DNA from: Adineta vaga
Lineage: Eukaryota > Animalia > Rotifera
Direction of reading: 5' to 3'
DNA length: 64,000 bases
Assembly (NCBI GenBank): GCA_021613535.1
Contig: CP075494.1
Coordinates: 5,270,001 to 5,334,000, forward strand
Part shown: positions 63,039 to 64,000 of the stretch, in pieces
Position numbering within the stretch: position 1 is the stretch's first letter
Layout: every line of letters begins with the position of its first letter
Position numbers and translations under genes: made by a program
Notes under the pieces: generated by a model
Databases searched by the model: none
Seen by the model: the letters and a program-made list of their open reading frames with translations, nothing else
Told to the model about the DNA's origin: nothing

Positions 63039-63971
63039 CTATTGAAATATGTTTTGAAAATGACGTCGTGTCTGGTTGATAATATTCATGATCTCTTGTC
63101 GATACAATTTTCCACTCAGTGTATATATATAAAACGATGTACAATATGATAAAAAGAACGGAAGCATAGAAATACGAAGAAGAGTTACCATTAACAATGT
63201 TGGATTCGGGACGAAATTAATAATTGTCATCATAACACAAAGTACTGTAGCGCAAAGAACATAGGCGAATACTTGAAAAATCAACATACGCAAAAGTTCA
63301 TTGTCTGAACGACGATATAGTCTTCGATTATTTCGTCCATGTGATTGATTATTGCTATTGATAGGTTGAATAAGTCGTCTTTGAATTCGTATATTCCACA
63401 GAGTCAATAATCCAAATATAACCATCAATATGGGTGGGGCCATTGCATAGAAGATCAATTGAAAAATAGACCAATTTGCATTAAATGTTTGACTAGTACT
63501 AATACATTGAGGAGGATCGGAATCAATTAGATCATAGACAATAAGTAGGGGTATAAAAATTGCCAGAAATATACCCAACATCGTAATGATGATTTTTCGA
63601 GCTATATGAACTTGAGTCAATGAGCGAAGCACAACTGATGAAGATGAACAACAAAACCGATCGAAACTAGCTAATACTAATAGATACGGTGATATATTGT
63701 ATATTAAATAGGATAGGTAACAATTGAGTTTACAAATAATAGACGAATATGAGGAAATTGTTACTCCATAACCATCTGATATTAACGAGATAATAAATAG
63801 AAAACACACGACCAGTAGATTATTTATTGAACCAGCAAGAAAATATTGTGTACATGAATTACGACGAAGTGTTTTACGAGTAAAGATTAATATATTCATA
63901 GTATTACCAAATATTCCAATAATTATCTCCAATGGTAGTATAATACGTAGTAAATGAGTATAAATATCCAT
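63039..63971 (-). CDS. Class A-like 7TM GPCR
   Basis: GIFGNTMNILIF...LRRNSC, LASFDR and FYIYTLSGKLYR; first ATG at 63971. Confidence 0.88.
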   Translation of the reverse strand: MDIYTHLLRIILPLEIIIGIFGNTMNILIFTRKTLRRNSCTQYFLAGSINNLLVVCFLFIISLISDGYGVTISSYSSIICKLNCYLSYLIYNISPYLLVLASFDRFCCSSSSVVLRSLTQVHIARKIIITMLGIFLAIFIPLLIVYDLIDSDPPQCISTSQTFNANWSIFQLIFYAMAPPILMVIFGLLTLWNIRIQRRLIQPINSNNQSHGRNNRRLYRRSDNELLRMLIFQVFAYVLCATVLCVMMTIINFVPNPTLLMVTLLRISMLPFFLSYCTSFYIYTLSGKLYRQEIMNIINQTRRHFQNIFQ

Positions 63972-64000
63972 CGCAAATTTCAAACGAAAAATATAAACGA

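Overview
This is AT-rich eukaryotic DNA with many short (about 50-65 nt) GT-AG introns. The gene content (ART-TPR, F-box, NHL, expanded 7TM GPCRs, many bacterial-type enzymes) points to a bdelloid rotifer; that assignment is inference. About 25 protein genes or pseudogenes, two tRNA genes and two candidate MITEs are supported. The main discovery is a four-member family that the ORF track almost entirely misses, at 9100-11771(+), 25986-30040(-), 35931-38132(-) and 39327-45797(-). Its architecture is [CCCH zinc fingers]n - B-box-like - coiled coil - linker - LRR array, and every 28-aa ribonuclease-inhibitor-type LRR is its own 84-nt phase-0 exon (3, 17, 2 and 9 internal LRR exons). In the fourth member the array is a very young 142-bp exon+intron tandem repeat. 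Its exonic differences are all non-synonymous, confined to the LRR beta-strand/loop codons, and shuffled between units. This is a candidate rapidly diversifying, TRIM-like intracellular receptor system. Other oddities: a secreted pseudo-matrixin/NAPE-PLD fusion, an atypical tRNA-Lys with a genome-encoded CCA, a catalytically dead ART-TPR protein, an Arf fusion with the switch-II Gln replaced by Arg, and a dense set of HGT candidates. All exon boundaries were read by eye and no database searches were run.
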